From: Dehalococcoidia bacterium
GTDB lineage: Bacteria > Chloroflexota > Dehalococcoidia > UBA6926
DNA: 64,000 nt
NCBI GenBank assembly: GCA_963666115.2
Contig: CAXXET010000006.1
Coordinates: 416,001 to 480,000 of the forward strand
Direction of reading: 5' to 3'
Shown here piece by piece: positions 20,148-28,334 of this stretch. The translations under genes and the position numbers were made by a program. The notes beneath the pieces were generated by a model. That model saw only the letters and a program-made list of their open reading frames with translations, had not been told where the DNA came from and made no database searches. Position 1 is the stretch's first letter. Each line of letters begins with the position of its first letter.

Positions 20148-21611
20148 CTACGCCGCTTCCGGCATTGATTCCAGTATCAGTTCCGCGTACTGCAAGAGGT
20201 GACGATCCGGCAGGAACAAGTCGCGGGTGCGCTCCCGGGCCGCAGCGCCCATCTGCGCGGCTTTTTCCGGATTCATGAGCAAGTCCCTGATAGCGCGGCC
20301 GCACGCCTCGACGTCCGATGCGTCCGGCAGCAAGATACCGGTTTCTCCATCGATGACCTGTTGCCGGATGCCGCCCACTGCGCTCGCCACGATGGGTTTG
20401 CCCTTCCACATCGCCTCCGTCACCGTCAGCCCGAACCCTTCGGCCAGGCTCTTCTGCACGATGACCGTGGCATGGCTCTGGATTGCATTGATGACGGCTG
20501 CGTTTTCCTCACGGTCGTCCATCGGCACGCTCACCAGGTGAACTCGCCGGCGAATATCGTCCGGCAGCGACCGCCACTCGGCAGTACACTCCTCCAATAC
20601 CATCTGCGCCTCCGGGTCGTCCGCCACACCGCTCACCGCCGGTCCCACCAACCACAAGTGGGCGTTGCGCGGCGCGTCCGCCATTCCTGCGAACGACCGC
20701 ATCACCCCCGCCATGTCCTTGAGGCTGTCCCAACGGGCAACTTGCACAACGGTCGGGTCCTGCGGGCGGGGCAGGGCGCCCTCCGTCACGGCCTCGACGT
20801 GATGGGCAAACGTCCCGAGTGTGCCGTCATCTCTCGAAAACCGCGGCGGCGTGATAGGAATGGGGCCGTTGAGAAGGCCGGCCTTCACGAGGATGTCAAC
20901 TGCGGAGTTGCTGATGTCCGTGTTCTTTGGGCTAGCGGGATCGATGGACGGATTGATGACGCGGACGCAGGCCGGGTCGAGCCACGGCGGCACGTATTCC
21001 GGCAGGCTGAAAATGCACAAGTCCGCCTGCTCGACGTATGGGCGCAAGAACTCCCACGCCCCGGCCACGAGCGCATCATGCTGTTCATGGCCGATGTGAG
21101 ACCGCCAGATGACTCGCGCGCCTGCCCGGAGCAATTCCCCGGCCATGCCGGCGGTTTGAGGGTCGTGCAGGATGACGATGTCTCCGCTCCGTACCTGCGC
21201 CGCGATGTTGGCAGCGTTCCGGGCCAATACCTGCTCATAATGCGCGCGCTCCGTTTCGCCCAACGGCCCGCCGTCGCCCGCCTCTCCGTGCAGATTGTTG
21301 TGAATCCGCTTTGTTATGCGAAAAAACTCACTGTCTCCGTTGATGACGAGCCAGCGTGAATCGACGCCCGCCCCCTTTGCATAGCCGCATAAGCCCTGCA
21401 CGAGCTCGGCCACGCCGCCGCCCCTGGCTGTGGAGTTCACGTTGATGACGGCGCGCCCCCGCAATGCGCGGCTGACCGTCTCCGCCGCATCCGCAATCGC
21501 AGATCGACGCTCCTTACTGACGAACGGAACTAGCAGGTCAAGCGACCGAGGCGGCACCTCGACTTCCATGACCTTGCCCGCCTCAACAACCCTGCCGACT
21601 GATGTTGTCAC
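20148..21611 (-). CDS. GT-B glycosyltransferase, TreT-like trehalose synthase
   Basis: VNSTARGGGVAEL, FFRITKRIHN, HDPQTAG, WRSHIG, QKSLAEGFGLTVTEAMWK. Confidence 0.85.
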   Translation of the reverse strand: MTTSVGRVVEAGKVMEVEVPPRSLDLLVPFVSKERRSAIADAAETVSRALRGRAVINVNSTARGGGVAELVQGLCGYAKGAGVDSRWLVINGDSEFFRITKRIHNNLHGEAGDGGPLGETERAHYEQVLARNAANIAAQVRSGDIVILHDPQTAGMAGELLRAGARVIWRSHIGHEQHDALVAGAWEFLRPYVEQADLCIFSLPEYVPPWLDPACVRVINPSIDPASPKNTDISNSAVDILVKAGLLNGPIPITPPRFSRDDGTLGTFAHHVEAVTEGALPRPQDPTVVQVARWDSLKDMAGVMRSFAGMADAPRNAHLWLVGPAVSGVADDPEAQMVLEECTAEWRSLPDDIRRRVHLVSVPMDDREENAAVINAIQSHATVIVQKSLAEGFGLTVTEAMWKGKPIVASAVGGIRQQVIDGETGILLPDASDVEACGRAIRDLLMNPEKAAQMGAAARERTRDLFLPDRHLLQYAELILESMPEAA

Positions 21612-21666
21612 AATTCACCCCGCGCGCTTTCTGCGACCTCAGTACGATCAATTTAATTGTACGTGT

Positions 21667-22548
21667 CTAGTCATTTTCTACCAGAGAACTCCTCGGGTAC
21701 GAACCCAGCAGGCGGATGCGCTTGCAGATCGTCCCCAGCCCCGCCTCGACCTCCGCGAACGCCTGCGCCAGTCCCGCGTCACTGATATGGCCCAGGTATT
21801 CCACGATGAAGGTGTATTCCCACAGGCCCTCCTGCTGATCAAGTCGGGATGGCCGTGACTGAAGCATGGTTGCGTTCAGTCCGCGTGAAGAGAACAGGTT
21901 GAGCACCTTTACGAGGGCGCCCGGCTGATTCTCGACGTCGAACAGGATCGTCGTCTTGTCCCCGCCCGTTGCTTCGGGCACATGATCCTTGCTCAGCACC
22001 CAGAAGCGTGTCGCGTTCTCAGCCCCGTCCTCCATGTTCTCGCGCACAACTTTCAGCCGGTAATACATTGCTGCGATTGCGTTGGCCAACGCTGCCGCCC
22101 CGGGGTCTTCGGATGCCGCCACGATCTCCGCGCCGCGTGCCGTGCTCGACTCCTCGATGACCTCGATCTCGCGCCCCAATTCTTCCGACAAGCGCCGGAT
22201 ATTGCGGCGGCACTGGCTCAGCGCCTGGGCGTGTGAATAGATGCGCGTCACCTGCTCCAATGATGTCTTGGTCAGGAGGTGGTGGTGAATGGGCAAGAAG
22301 ACTTCAGCCACCACGTTGATGCCCTCCGTCGCGCCCACGAAATCCAGCGTCGCGCCCACGGTTCCTTCAAGGAGGTTCTCGATGGGCAGCACGCCGTATT
22401 CAATCTCACCCTGCTGGACGGCCTGGCAGATTGCCTCCGACTCCATCGGCTCGAAAATGGCGTCCCGGCCAAAGTGGGCAATGGCCGCCAGGTGGGTAAA
22501 CGTGGCCTCCGGCTGGAGAAATCCTACACTGGGTCTATCAAAGCTCAT
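21667..22548 (-). CDS. pheA: Prephenate dehydratase (PDT plus ACT domain)
   Basis: LPIENLLEGTV, YSHAQALSQC, NATRF, QSRPSR; 4-nt overlap with the tyrS stop. Confidence 0.92.
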   Translation of the reverse strand: MSFDRPSVGFLQPEATFTHLAAIAHFGRDAIFEPMESEAICQAVQQGEIEYGVLPIENLLEGTVGATLDFVGATEGINVVAEVFLPIHHHLLTKTSLEQVTRIYSHAQALSQCRRNIRRLSEELGREIEVIEESSTARGAEIVAASEDPGAAALANAIAAMYYRLKVVRENMEDGAENATRFWVLSKDHVPEATGGDKTTILFDVENQPGALVKVLNLFSSRGLNATMLQSRPSRLDQQEGLWEYTFIVEYLGHISDAGLAQAFAEVEAGLGTICKRIRLLGSYPRSSLVEND

Positions 22549-24584
22549 GCGCGCTCCACTTTCATCCGCACAAATCCACGCTTGCCCATTTTAACAATTG
22601 CTCCCTCCACGTCCTCCGGCGAGAGTTGGAGAGTAGGCTCGGTGTGGCGATGGTCGTTGATCTCAAGGCCGCCCTGCTGGATCAGCCGCCTCGCGTCTCC
22701 GCGGCTGGTGGCGAGGCCAGTCCCCATGGCTACGTCCAGAATCGTCAGAGACCCGTTTGAAGGCTTAAAGGAAACCTCATCCACGTCCTGCCGCATGTTC
22801 CCTTCATCCACCACGCGGGTGAACTCTGCCTGCGCCCGCTGTGCCTCATCAGCGCAGTGCAGCCTCTCGGTCACCGCCCGCGCGAATTGTTCGCGGGCGT
22901 CCTGCAGATTGGACTCTGTGGACAGGCGGCGGCGAACCTCCTCGATCTCCTCATCCGGCGTATCCGTGAGCACGCTCATGAACATCGGCAGCAGTTCATC
23001 GCTGACCTGCGTCAGCTTGAAGAACATGTCGACGGGGTTCTCTGTGAGGTCGACGGTATTCCCGTAGGACTTGCTCATCTTGCGGCCATCCAGCCCCGGG
23101 ATGAGTGGTGTCATCAGCACGTGCTTTGTCTTGCCGTTGTAATTCCGCACAAGGTCTCGGCCCACCATCATATTGAACATCTGGTCACGGCCGCCAAGCT
23201 CCGCGTCCACGCTCATCGCCACTGAGTCGTACCCCTGTAGCAGAGGGTACAGCGTTTCATGCAGGTGGAGGGGCCGCTGCTGCGAGAGCCGTTCCTGGAA
23301 CATATCGCGCTCAATGAGCTGCTGCACCGTGACGTTCGCGGCAATCTCGATCATGTCTCGTAGCGAGAGGGAATCCAGCCATTCCCCGTTCCACTTGATT
23401 TCAACAGGATTGTCTCCGCCCAGATCGAGCACGGCCGCAATCTGGTCGCGCCACGTCTGGGAATTCGCGACCACCTCGTCGCGTGTCAGTTGACTGCGCT
23501 CTGCCGACTGCCCCGTTGGATCGCCGATCCTTGCGGTGAAATCACCAAAGAGAAAGATGACACGGTGGCCGTGCAGTTGGAACCATCGCAGCACGCGCAG
23601 CGAGAGATAGTGGCCGATATGGAGGCTCGTGCTCGTCGGGTCGAATCCCTGGTAGATGGTGAGCCGGCGTCCGGAGTCCAGCGCCTCTTGCAGTTCCTCC
23701 TCGACGATTACGCCATCCAGGATTCCGCGGCGCAACAGGTCTGATAACGACCACGAGCGGAGCGCTTCATCCGCCGGCGGGGCGGGGTACGGCTTGGCGC
23801 CGTCGTCTGCCGACTCACGGGGAAGCAGGGCGGTGGCCGCTTCAACGTCTTTCACCTGCGTTAGTGAAGCATCATCCTTGGACAACGACGTCTTGTCTGC
23901 GCTTACGTAGCCGTAGGAAACGTCTCCGCCGAGCGCCGCCTTGACCAGCAGCGCCAGTTCCTGCGTCGCCGCCTCCACGCGCTCAAGAGTCGCATCGCTG
24001 AAACCGTCGACGGGAAAGACCATCGCGCGGCTTTCCGGCGTCGTCATGGCGTTCTCCGCCTGCCGCCACACCCAGCGCCGCGTGCGGATTTCGTTTCCGC
24101 TTGCATAGACCGGCTCGCCGGGGGGCAGGTTCTCGGTATCGTCACCGGCGGAGGCCGCAAATGTGTCTCCCTCCCGGCTCAGTCGCACGGCAATGTCGCC
24201 GGGGAGTCGATCCACGTCATGCGCGCCAACCGGCACGAGATGTTTCAAGGAGATGAGGTTGGCGATATCGGCAGCCGGGTTGATTGAACGAACATAGTCG
24301 CCGCGCAGGCATCGCTGGGCGAGGGCCGTGACAGAGGGCATGTGAGTCCGGGGGTTGATTCTCTCCGACTCGAACGCTGCCTCCCACCTGGCGATGGCCG
24401 GATGGCCGTGCAGACCGGCCCCGCCAAGCCGCCAGGGCACAGCCTGTGCCGCCTCGCGCAGCGTGCGCTGGAGCGCGCCGACGTCTTCTGGGGAGGGCGC
24501 AGTCGCGTCATGTACGAATACAACACCCACAACATACGTTGGGCGCCGCGCCAGCAGGTCGTCTGAAAGCTCAAACACCATCAC
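22545..24584 (-). CDS. tyrS: Tyrosine--tRNA ligase fused to an N-terminal B3/4 (PheRS-beta editing-like) domain
   Basis: aa ~1-235 B3/4 (HPAIARW, PSVTAL, SINPAADIANLISLKHLVPVGAHD, GEPVY, RRWVWRQ); aa ~280-679 TyrRS (YQGFDPT, HIGH, YPLLQGYD, GGRDQ, KMSKS, S4 domain). Confidence 0.92.
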   Translation of the reverse strand: MMVFELSDDLLARRPTYVVGVVFVHDATAPSPEDVGALQRTLREAAQAVPWRLGGAGLHGHPAIARWEAAFESERINPRTHMPSVTALAQRCLRGDYVRSINPAADIANLISLKHLVPVGAHDVDRLPGDIAVRLSREGDTFAASAGDDTENLPPGEPVYASGNEIRTRRWVWRQAENAMTTPESRAMVFPVDGFSDATLERVEAATQELALLVKAALGGDVSYGYVSADKTSLSKDDASLTQVKDVEAATALLPRESADDGAKPYPAPPADEALRSWSLSDLLRRGILDGVIVEEELQEALDSGRRLTIYQGFDPTSTSLHIGHYLSLRVLRWFQLHGHRVIFLFGDFTARIGDPTGQSAERSQLTRDEVVANSQTWRDQIAAVLDLGGDNPVEIKWNGEWLDSLSLRDMIEIAANVTVQQLIERDMFQERLSQQRPLHLHETLYPLLQGYDSVAMSVDAELGGRDQMFNMMVGRDLVRNYNGKTKHVLMTPLIPGLDGRKMSKSYGNTVDLTENPVDMFFKLTQVSDELLPMFMSVLTDTPDEEIEEVRRRLSTESNLQDAREQFARAVTERLHCADEAQRAQAEFTRVVDEGNMRQDVDEVSFKPSNGSLTILDVAMGTGLATSRGDARRLIQQGGLEINDHRHTEPTLQLSPEDVEGAIVKMGKRGFVRMKVERA

Positions 24585-24620
24585 ACGCGCCTCTCGGGCA
24601 TTGTGAAACAGGGGCTGGAG

Positions 24621-24706
24621 TGGTGGCAGGAGAGGGATTCGAACCCCCGTAGCCCTAGGGCGCCAAGTTTACAGCCTGGTGCGTTTGTCCACTCCGCCAT
24701 CCTGCC
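24621..24706 (-). tRNA. tRNA-Tyr (GTA), long variable arm, CCA encoded
   Basis: GGCAGGA/TCCTGCC acceptor stem, CCAGG-CTGTAAA-CTTGG anticodon arm, GCCC-TA-GGGC variable arm, TTCGAAT T-loop, discriminator A. Confidence 0.96.
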
Positions 24707-24799
24707 AGTGCTACGCATTCTACCGACCATCGCCATTTCACGTCATGCCCCGTGCCATGTTGTTGCGAGTGTTGCCAAGGGCCTTGAGGCTCCCGTGCC

Positions 24800-25822
24800 C
24801 TAGACCTTCCGCCCAATTGCATTCGCGATGCTGTGGATCTCCTTGTGCAACTCGGGCAGCCACTCCATGGGCAACGACTGCGCCCCGTCAGAGAGCGCCA
24901 TCGTGGGGTCCGGGTGCGCTTCGATAATGAGCCCGTCCGCCCCTGCGGCAACCGCAGCCTTCGCCATTGGCATCACCAGGTCGCGCTCACCCGTGCCGTG
25001 GCTGGGATCAACGACGACCGGCAGGTGGCTTTCGCGCTTGAGGATCTGTACCGCGGTCAGATCAAGGACGTTGCGAGAGAATTCATCGTCGAAGCTGCGG
25101 ATGCCGCGCTCGCACATGATCACGTTCCAGTTGCCCTCGCTGATAATGTACTCAGCGCTCAGCAGCCACTCGCGGATGGTGGCATGGAATCCGCGCTTCA
25201 GCAGGACCGGCTTGCGCGTCTGCCCCACTGTTTTGAGCAGCCGAAACGCGTGCATGGTGCGAGCGCCGATCTGGAGGATGTCCGCGTACTCCTCGCACAT
25301 TTCCACGTCCATCTCGGACATCACCTCTGTGATGACCATGAGGCCGAACTCATCCGCGACGTTTCTCAGGATGCGCAGCCCTTCCAGCCCCAGCCCCTGG
25401 AACGTATACGGGGAGGTGCGCGGCTTGAACGCGCCGCCGCGAAGAATGGTGAAGCCGAGTTGCTTGTCCATCTCGGCAATCTGCCTCACCTGTTCCTCGG
25501 ACTCCACGGCGCAGGGCCCCACCATCATGGCCACGGGCGCGCTTGGCCCGATCTTCACACCATTCGGCAAGTCGATTATGGTGTCCCGCTTTCGGAAATC
25601 CCGGCTCACGTGCTTGTACGGCTTCATGATGCGGACCACGTGGTCCACACCCGGCAGGATTCTCAGGACGTCATCGCCCCCTGCCGTGGTATCGCCAATG
25701 ACGGCAACGACACTGGTGAAGTCGCCCGGCTCCACGTCCGCCCGGTAACCAAGCTCCTGGATCTTCTCGACGACGCCGTCCACGTCTTCCTGTGTCGCGT
25801 CAGTCCGCATTACGACGATCAT
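24800..25822 (-). CDS. aroF: DAHP synthase type I-beta with an N-terminal regulatory domain
   Basis: MIVVM N-terminal ferredoxin-like domain, GPCAVES, RGGAFKPRTSPYTFQGLG, QIGARTM, VDPSHGTG, SDGAQSL. Confidence 0.95.
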   Translation of the reverse strand: MIVVMRTDATQEDVDGVVEKIQELGYRADVEPGDFTSVVAVIGDTTAGGDDVLRILPGVDHVVRIMKPYKHVSRDFRKRDTIIDLPNGVKIGPSAPVAMMVGPCAVESEEQVRQIAEMDKQLGFTILRGGAFKPRTSPYTFQGLGLEGLRILRNVADEFGLMVITEVMSEMDVEMCEEYADILQIGARTMHAFRLLKTVGQTRKPVLLKRGFHATIREWLLSAEYIISEGNWNVIMCERGIRSFDDEFSRNVLDLTAVQILKRESHLPVVVDPSHGTGERDLVMPMAKAAVAAGADGLIIEAHPDPTMALSDGAQSLPMEWLPELHKEIHSIANAIGRKV

Positions 25823-25880
25823 TGCGTGCGCTTTCCTCCGGCCGCGCGGCCTGTGTCCTCTCCACCTGTCCTGATAATCG

Positions 25881-25911
25881 AAAGCCCCCCCGCATCAATC
25901 GGGGGGGCTTT
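25881..25911 (-). terminator. Attenuator terminator upstream of aroF
   Basis: AAAGCCCCCCCG-ATTGATG-CGGGGGGGCTTT hairpin; short T tail. Confidence 0.8.
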
Positions 25912-25937
25912 GCCTTTTCCTTTACTATGCGCGTCAA

Positions 25938-26015
25938 TCAGACGAGCAACACCGGCGGCCCACCCCGCAGGGGGCGGCTAAAATCGTAATAGCGATAGCC
26001 GACGCCGATCATCAT
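25938..26015 (-). CDS. Tyr/Phe-rich attenuator leader peptide (25 aa, MMIGVGYRYYDFSRPLRGGPPVLLV)
   Basis: TAT-CGC-TAT-TAC-GAT-TTT control codons followed by mutually exclusive hairpins and a terminator upstream of aroF. Confidence 0.85.
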   Translation of the reverse strand: MMIGVGYRYYDFSRPLRGGPPVLLV

Positions 26016-26021
26016 GCCAAA

Positions 26022-26051
26022 ATCCTACTGACGTCCTATTGAATCTGTCAA
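26022..26051 (-). promoter_or_regulatory. Sigma70-type promoter of the aroF operon; the predicted start coincides with the leader-peptide ATG
   Basis: TTGACA-18 nt-TAGGAT, then 6 nt to ATG 26015. Confidence 0.7.
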
Positions 26052-26087
26052 GTCTTTGAACCCGGTTTGAAACCGTTCTTAGACTGC

Positions 26088-26117
26088 TTGACATTTCCGC
26101 TGCCGCGCGAATAGACT
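26088..26117 (+). promoter_or_regulatory. Divergent sigma70-type promoter for the small HTH gene
   Basis: TTGACA-18 nt-TAGACT. Confidence 0.6.
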
Positions 26118-26137
26118 GACCACGCTCCGGAGGCAGA

Positions 26138-26368
26138 ATGGCACGCGGCAAAACCAAGCTAATGAAGCAGGTGGAGGAGCGCTATGGGCGCCCCTTGGAG
26201 CAGCTTTTGCCGGAACTGTACAACGAACTGGGACTGCCCGGCATGTCCGAAGAACTCGGCATCAGCAAGGGAACTCTCTGGTACTGGCTCCTCAAGATGA
26301 ATCTCACCGTCAAGCGCGTTGCGCTCGCCCCCGGCGAGAGCCTGGAAATCAAGCGCGAAGCCTCCTGA
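26138..26368 (+). CDS. Small helix-turn-helix protein
   Basis: GGAGG RBS; LPGMSEELGISKGTLWYWL HTH pattern. Confidence 0.75.
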   Translation: MARGKTKLMKQVEERYGRPLEQLLPELYNELGLPGMSEELGISKGTLWYWLLKMNLTVKRVALAPGESLEIKREAS

Positions 26369-26396
26369 GCGCCGGCGGCCCCGCCAAGGCCCCATT

Positions 26397-26858
26397 GTGC
26401 GACGGTTCACCAGGGAACTTTCCGCCCTCGTCGTCATCATCGTCCTGATTGGACTTGCGATCCTGCTTGCGCCCACCGTTCGCGGCATCCTCGCCGAACG
26501 CGCTCATGACGCGGACCGTTCGCTGCTGCAAGATGCCGTTCCTATCTACCAGGAGGCGCGCGTCTTTCCCCAGCCGGAGTGGCCGACTCTATCCGGAGAA
26601 ATCGGCGCGCCTCGTGAAGGGAACACAGCAGGCTATCAATGCGACGGCTCAGATGCTGGAGAAATCTGCTCTTGGCTCGCCCTGGAACTGCTTGCGGACC
26701 ACGGAGGGCTGGAGTCCACAGCCGCCGTCACGTCGGCTGAAACGACACTCAATGTTGGCGCAACGAACGCTCCGAGCGGCAATTATGGTTGGTACATTGA
26801 TGCCACAGGACAGATTGCATCCGAGCCAGTGTTCAACAGGGATGTGGGGTATCCCTAA
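26397..26858 (+). CDS. Membrane-anchored pilin-like protein
   Basis: RRFTRELSALVVIIVLIGLAILLAP hydrophobic N-terminal helix; two Cys in the globular part. Confidence 0.5.
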   Translation: MRRFTRELSALVVIIVLIGLAILLAPTVRGILAERAHDADRSLLQDAVPIYQEARVFPQPEWPTLSGEIGAPREGNTAGYQCDGSDAGEICSWLALELLADHGGLESTAAVTSAETTLNVGATNAPSGNYGWYIDATGQIASEPVFNRDVGYP

Positions 26859-26863
26859 CAGTC

Positions 26864-27352
26864 CTATTCCCCCGCCAGCAAATCCACGAAGTCTACGCCC
26901 AGAGCGTTCGCTATGGAAGCTAGAGTCTCCAGTCGAGGCGCTTGCTCACCCTTCTCGATGCGCGCTAGGGTTACCCGACCAATGCCCGCCCTGCTTGCTA
27001 GCGCGACCTGCGTCATTTCAGCCGCCTGCCTGTGGCGACGAACTCGCTCAGCGATTGCGCGCCGCCCCTTCTCCATAGTCACTGCCGTCCGGGCCCCAAA
27101 AGACTCGTCGCAATGCCATCGGACGAAGTCCCATGGAAGTTCTTCGTGCGAACCATCCGAAAGAACCAGAACGATCTCATAGGGATTGGGCAGTTCGAGA
27201 CTGCTAACAGCCGCGCGTCCGTCAATGCCATTGATTGCGCCAAATGGCACTACCCCCGACGCCCCGTCCGCGTACGTCACGGAGATGCCGCTATCGCGGA
27301 TGTCCGCGGCAATCATCATCTGCTCCGCGTTCCGAACGGCCACCGCGCTCAT
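26864..27352 (-). CDS. Putative antitoxin: DUF2442-like N-domain plus C-terminal XRE HTH
   Basis: MTQVALASRAGIGRVTLARIEKGEQAPRLETLASIANALGV. Confidence 0.75.
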   Translation of the reverse strand: MSAVAVRNAEQMMIAADIRDSGISVTYADGASGVVPFGAINGIDGRAAVSSLELPNPYEIVLVLSDGSHEELPWDFVRWHCDESFGARTAVTMEKGRRAIAERVRRHRQAAEMTQVALASRAGIGRVTLARIEKGEQAPRLETLASIANALGVDFVDLLAGE

Positions 27353-27355
27353 CGT

Positions 27356-27592
27356 TCATTCCCCGTGAATCTCATTCCATGCCTGCCGAATCTCAGCGAC
27401 GTGCCGCAAAAATGCCGCCATGATGGCCCGATAATTCCCCGGTGGCGGCTCGTCCATGTAGACTCCGCCGCGCAACTCGATGCGGCACAGCGACTCATTC
27501 CCTTCCCAGACATGAACATGCGGCGGCTCTCGCGGATTTTCCCTCGTATTGACGACAAACCGGAATCGTCCCTCGACCGCAACTGTCGGCAT
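27356..27592 (-). CDS. DUF4160-family putative toxin
   Basis: MPTV...RFVVNTRE...EPPHVHV...AWNEIHG. Confidence 0.8.
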   Translation of the reverse strand: MPTVAVEGRFRFVVNTRENPREPPHVHVWEGNESLCRIELRGGVYMDEPPPGNYRAIMAAFLRHVAEIRQAWNEIHGE

Positions 27593-27606
27593 ACGATTAC
27601 CCTGGA

Positions 27607-27626
27607 GTGTATCACGAACGATACAC
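27607..27626. promoter_or_regulatory. Palindromic operator upstream of the DUF4160/HTH pair
   Basis: GTGTATC-ACGAAC-GATACAC inverted repeat 14 nt upstream of the ATG. Confidence 0.55.
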
Positions 27627-27665
27627 AAAATCGAAATACACTTCGCCTACCACACCTTAAACGAA

Positions 27666-27704
27666 GACGGGCAGCCGCCCGGCACCGCCGGATTGCTGCC
27701 CGTC
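27666..27704 (-). terminator. Hairpin downstream of sodN
   Basis: GACGGGCAGC...GCTGCCCGTC 10-bp stem. Confidence 0.55.
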
Positions 27705-27738
27705 CATCAACTTCTCTCGTGCGGCAGCGCGGGAGTGA

Positions 27739-28233
27739 TTACGCCGGATACACGATCTCCCCGCCGGAGGTCTGGCGCGAGGGCTGGCGGGTGGTGTCCG
27801 CGCCCTTGGTGGCCCAGAAAATCTCGGAGATCTCCTGAACCGTCGCGACCAGGGCCTGCGCGTTGTCCATGCTCACGCTCTGGCGCGCAGCGGAACCCTG
27901 CTTCATCGCCGTGAAGAAGAGGTTGTGCAGGTTCGGGTGCTGCTCCAGGTGCTCCGGGCGGAAATAGTCGCCCCACAGGATGCGCAGCTCCTTCTTGGCA
28001 AGCTCGGCGTGCTCCTCCTTGACGGCGATGTAGCGGATGAGCTTGTTGCGCGACTCCGCGTCCGAAATCTCGCCGAGGTCTGTGATCAAATTCACCATCC
28101 TGACCACCGTGTGGGCCGCAATCTGCGCCGCGTGCGGGTCATAGATGCCGCAGGGGATGTCGCAGTGGGCTTGGACTGTCGGGGCCGGCGAAACCTTCTC
28201 GAGCAGTCGCAGGGCTATACTCAGAGCGGACAT
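27739..28233 (-). CDS. sodN: Nickel superoxide dismutase precursor
   Basis: Propeptide followed by the Ni-hook HCDIPCGIYDP; KEEHAEL, LWGDYF. Confidence 0.96.
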   Translation of the reverse strand: MSALSIALRLLEKVSPAPTVQAHCDIPCGIYDPHAAQIAAHTVVRMVNLITDLGEISDAESRNKLIRYIAVKEEHAELAKKELRILWGDYFRPEHLEQHPNLHNLFFTAMKQGSAARQSVSMDNAQALVATVQEISEIFWATKGADTTRQPSRQTSGGEIVYPA

Positions 28234-28334
28234 TATTTCCTCCCGTCGATTCTCGCGCTAGTGACGCGCCAAAGCTGTCTCAAACGTGAACGATGGTACA
28301 GTAGCCCTTGCGCGCCACGCAAGGAAAATCGCAC

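Noticed and set aside
24621-24706. tRNA as tRNA-Sec or a suppressor
   Set aside because: Anticodon is GTA, with a 7-bp acceptor stem and A73: an ordinary tRNA-Tyr
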